NCBI GenBank assembly: GCA_045628045.1
Contig: JAZQOV010000008.1
Location: 1 to 32,807 of the forward strand
DNA length: 32,807 bases
Direction: 5' to 3'
Source: Bacilli bacterium
Lineage (GTDB): Bacteria; Bacillota_I; Bacilli_A; RFN20; CAG-826
The position numbers and the translations under genes were made by a program. Positions 26,367 to 32,807 of the stretch are shown here, one piece after another (within the stretch, counting starts at the first letter, position 1; each line of letters begins with the position of its first letter). Below the pieces are notes generated by a model, which saw only the letters and a list, made by a program, of their open reading frames with translations, did no database searches and was not told the origin of the DNA.

Positions 26367-27689
26367 ATGACAAAAGATAGAAAAAATGAAACCCCATTAT
26401 TGAAAGTTGAGCATTTACATCAATATTTTAAGCTTGGAAAAAAAGAACTTCCTGCTGTAAATGATGTTAGTTTTGATGTTTATAAAGGCGAAGTTTTTGG
26501 TTTAGTCGGAGAATCCGGTTGTGGTAAAACCACAACAGGACGTACAATCATTAGACTTTATGATGCTACTGGCGGATCTGTCTATTTTGATGGAAAACGT
26601 ATTGTCGCAGGCACAAGAACTTATAAAGACGCTATTTTAGCAGCGCAAAAAGAATGTAATGCAATAAAAAAAGAAGCTAATGATGCACTTACTAAAGCCG
26701 CATTCGATTTTAAAGGTGATGAAGCAAAACTCGTTGCTGCCCAAAAAGCTTGTGATGAGAAAATTGCCAAAGCAAAAGCAGCATACGACGAAGTCTATTT
26801 CCGCAACATGGAAGAGATTAAAAAAGCAAAATATGATCATAAAAACTGCAATAAAGAATTCGCTAAAAATGAAGTTGCAAAAGTTAATAAAAAGTATGCA
26901 GATTTACTTGCAAAAAGAAAATCTAATCCTAATGGATTAACTGATAAAGAAAACGAAGAGTATAATCGTTATAAAAATGAATTTAAACTTGCGAAAAAAG
27001 AAAGGATTATGAACAAAATCCAAATGATTTTCCAAGATCCTATCGCTTCGCTTGATCCAAGAATGACAATTCGCGATATTATTGCAGAAGGTTTAATTAT
27101 TCGTGGAATTAAGGATAAAAAATATATTGATGAGCAAGTATATAAGATGCTTGAATATGTCGGATTAGTTAGCGAACATGCAACTAGATATCCTCATGAA
27201 TTTAGTGGTGGACAAAGACAAAGAATTGGCATTGCTCGTTCAATTATTCTTAATCCTGAATTAATCATCGCAGATGAACCAATCTCTGCTCTTGACGTTT
27301 CAATTCAAGCTCAAGTTATTAATCTTTTAAACGAATTAAGAAGAAAAATGGGATTGACTATCATTTTCATTGCCCACGACTTATCTGTTGTTAAATACTT
27401 CTCTGATAGAATCGCAGTTATGTATTTTGGAAAAATAGTAGAGCTTGCATCTAGTGAAGATCTTTTTGAGCATCCACTTCATCCATATACAAAATCATTA
27501 TTATCCGCGATTCCTCTTCCAGATCCAGAATATGAAAAGGATAGAAGAAGAATTAACTATGTTCCATTAAGAGACCATGATTACTCTAAAGAAGGACCGA
27601 CAATGAGAGAAATTACTCCAGGCCACTTTATTTATTGTAATAGTGAAGAATTTGAAAAATATAAAAAAGAAGTTAATAGTAAAAAATAA
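26367..27689 (+). CDS. oppF: Oligopeptide ABC transporter ATPase with helical insert
   Basis: GESGCGKT, QMIFQDP, YPHEFSGGQRQR, DEPISALDVSIQAQV, HPYTKSLL. Confidence 0.93.
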   Translation: MTKDRKNETPLLKVEHLHQYFKLGKKELPAVNDVSFDVYKGEVFGLVGESGCGKTTTGRTIIRLYDATGGSVYFDGKRIVAGTRTYKDAILAAQKECNAIKKEANDALTKAAFDFKGDEAKLVAAQKACDEKIAKAKAAYDEVYFRNMEEIKKAKYDHKNCNKEFAKNEVAKVNKKYADLLAKRKSNPNGLTDKENEEYNRYKNEFKLAKKERIMNKIQMIFQDPIASLDPRMTIRDIIAEGLIIRGIKDKKYIDEQVYKMLEYVGLVSEHATRYPHEFSGGQRQRIGIARSIILNPELIIADEPISALDVSIQAQVINLLNELRRKMGLTIIFIAHDLSVVKYFSDRIAVMYFGKIVELASSEDLFEHPLHPYTKSLLSAIPLPDPEYEKDRRRINYVPLRDHDYSKEGPTMREITPGHFIYCNSEEFEKYKKEVNSKK

Positions 27690-28090
27690 TGAAAAAGAAA
27701 AAAATAATTGAATATGCAATTACTTTTGGTGTTTGTGCCATATTAACTTTTGCATACATTGCAATTGGCGGCATTTTTTCTCCAGCAGATATAAAAGAGG
27801 CCCTAAAGATATTAATTAACGGCTTTTTCTCTATTGGTATTATTTGTTTATGTTTTGGTCTTTTAGTTATTTGCTCCAATAATGGAGCATATGACTTAAT
27901 AGTTTATGGTGTTGTGAGATTTTTCTCTTTGTTTTCAAAAAACCAAAACAGAATAAAATATCATACATATTTTGATTACCATCTCGCTAAACAAGCAGAA
28001 GAAGATAGAAGTTTTTCCTATTTTTTAGTAGTAGGTGGGTTTTTTATTTTTGTCTCTTTAGTAATTCTTATATTTTGGTATACCAAATAA
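27689..28090 (+). CDS. DUF3899-like small membrane protein
   Basis: Three hydrophobic helices, GAYDLIVYG motif, TAATG coupling to oppF. Confidence 0.7.
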   Translation: MKKKKIIEYAITFGVCAILTFAYIAIGGIFSPADIKEALKILINGFFSIGIICLCFGLLVICSNNGAYDLIVYGVVRFFSLFSKNQNRIKYHTYFDYHLAKQAEEDRSFSYFLVVGGFFIFVSLVILIFWYTK

Positions 28091-28092
28091 GT

Positions 28093-28121
28093 AATGCGCA
28101 TGAGCACATGCGTATTTTATT
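28093..28121 (+). terminator. Probable terminator of the opp operon
   Basis: AATGCGCATG-AGCA-CATGCGTATT followed by TTATT. Confidence 0.65.
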
Positions 28122-28191
28122 AAAAAAGTATGGCATTTTTTTGTCGTTTAACGACTTTCTAGAAATAAAATAAAAAAAGTTAAAAAATTTG

Positions 28192-28220
28192 TTGACATGA
28201 TTATTTCATAATAGTAAGAT
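28192..28220 (+). promoter_or_regulatory. rRNA operon promoter
   Basis: TTGACA, 17-nt spacer, TAAGAT, preceded by A-tracts (UP-element-like). Confidence 0.8.
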
Positions 28221-28276
28221 ATAAAAGCACGCGTCCTAAAGTGGACGTCATATATACTATGTATATTGTGCAAATT

Positions 28277-28304
28277 GATCTTTGAAAACTGAACAGATGT
28301 ACAA
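28277..28304 (+). promoter_or_regulatory. rrn leader boxA and 5' arm of the 16S processing stem
   Basis: GATCTTTGAAAACTGAACAGATGTACAA is complementary to TTGTGCAATCTGTTTAGTTTTGAGAGATC in the ITS (about 29979-30007). Confidence 0.75.
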
Positions 28305-28365
28305 GAAACATTAACGTCAATTTTTTTAAACAATAAACCAGATTATAATTTTGAACTAAGATAAA

Positions 28366-29889
<1,524 letters not shown>

Positions 29890-30177
29890 TATGGAGAAAG
29901 AAATTTAAGATTAGGGAAGACCTAATCTGTACACAACCTATTTTAATTTAGTTAATTACTGGTGACGTTGGTGTTGCATTGTGCAATCTGTTTAGTTTTG
30001 AGAGATCAATTGATTTCTCAAATTGTTCTTTGAAAACTGGATATTATAATAAAACATGTTCTTTCTGTTATGTTGCAATCAAAATTGATTTCATCAATTG
30101 TTGAGAAATGCGTAACAAAGTAAGCAAATAAATTTTGTTTAAATACAAGACAATTACATAAAACCTATATTTTACGA
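29890..30177 (+). other. 16S-23S internal transcribed spacer without tRNA genes
   Basis: About 290 nt, no cloverleaf, second boxA-like TTCTTTGAAAACTG near 30026, hairpin AGATTAGG/CCTAATCT. Confidence 0.85.

Positions 30178-32807
<2,630 letters not shown>

Noticed and set aside
1178-27879. Many 60-120 aa alternative-frame and antisense ORFs inside the large genes
   Set aside because: They are fully nested in well-supported CDSs and look like shadow ORFs from codon bias. None has a recognisable domain.
316-28090. Mycoplasma-type code 4 (TGA=Trp) or AGG=Met reassignment
   Set aside because: lgt and trxB end at TGA at the expected C-termini, conserved Trp residues use TGG, and AGG occupies invariant Arg positions in UvrA and OppD.

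Overview
AT-rich core-genome window from a low-GC Bacilli/Mollicutes-adjacent anaerobe. An Erysipelotrichales/RFN20-like placement is an inference from 16S features and gene content. TGA is used as stop, so this is not Mycoplasma code 4. Order: structured minus-strand RNA candidate, tRNA-Lys(CTT), convergent PAP2-like gene, pepO, a P-loop kinase, a Rex-N-terminal-like wHTH protein lacking the NAD(H) domain, PFOR (nifJ), the coupled operon uvrA-lgt-trxB-rapZ-whiA-XRE, gap-pgk-tpiA-BI-1/YccA, oppABCDF plus DUF3899 with large inserts in four of five subunits, then an rRNA operon (16S, tRNA-less ITS, 23S running off the end). No mobile element or CRISPR array was seen. The best leads are: (1) cre-like operators exactly 49 bp upstream of the -10 box of both the nifJ and gap promoters, each embedded in the upstream terminator; (2) the truncated Rex-like protein next to PFOR; (3) a TrxB lacking NADPH motifs, possibly ferredoxin-dependent; (4) the unexplained RNA at 38-157; (5) the enlarged Opp transporter; (6) several leaderless genes and apparent non-use of CGG.
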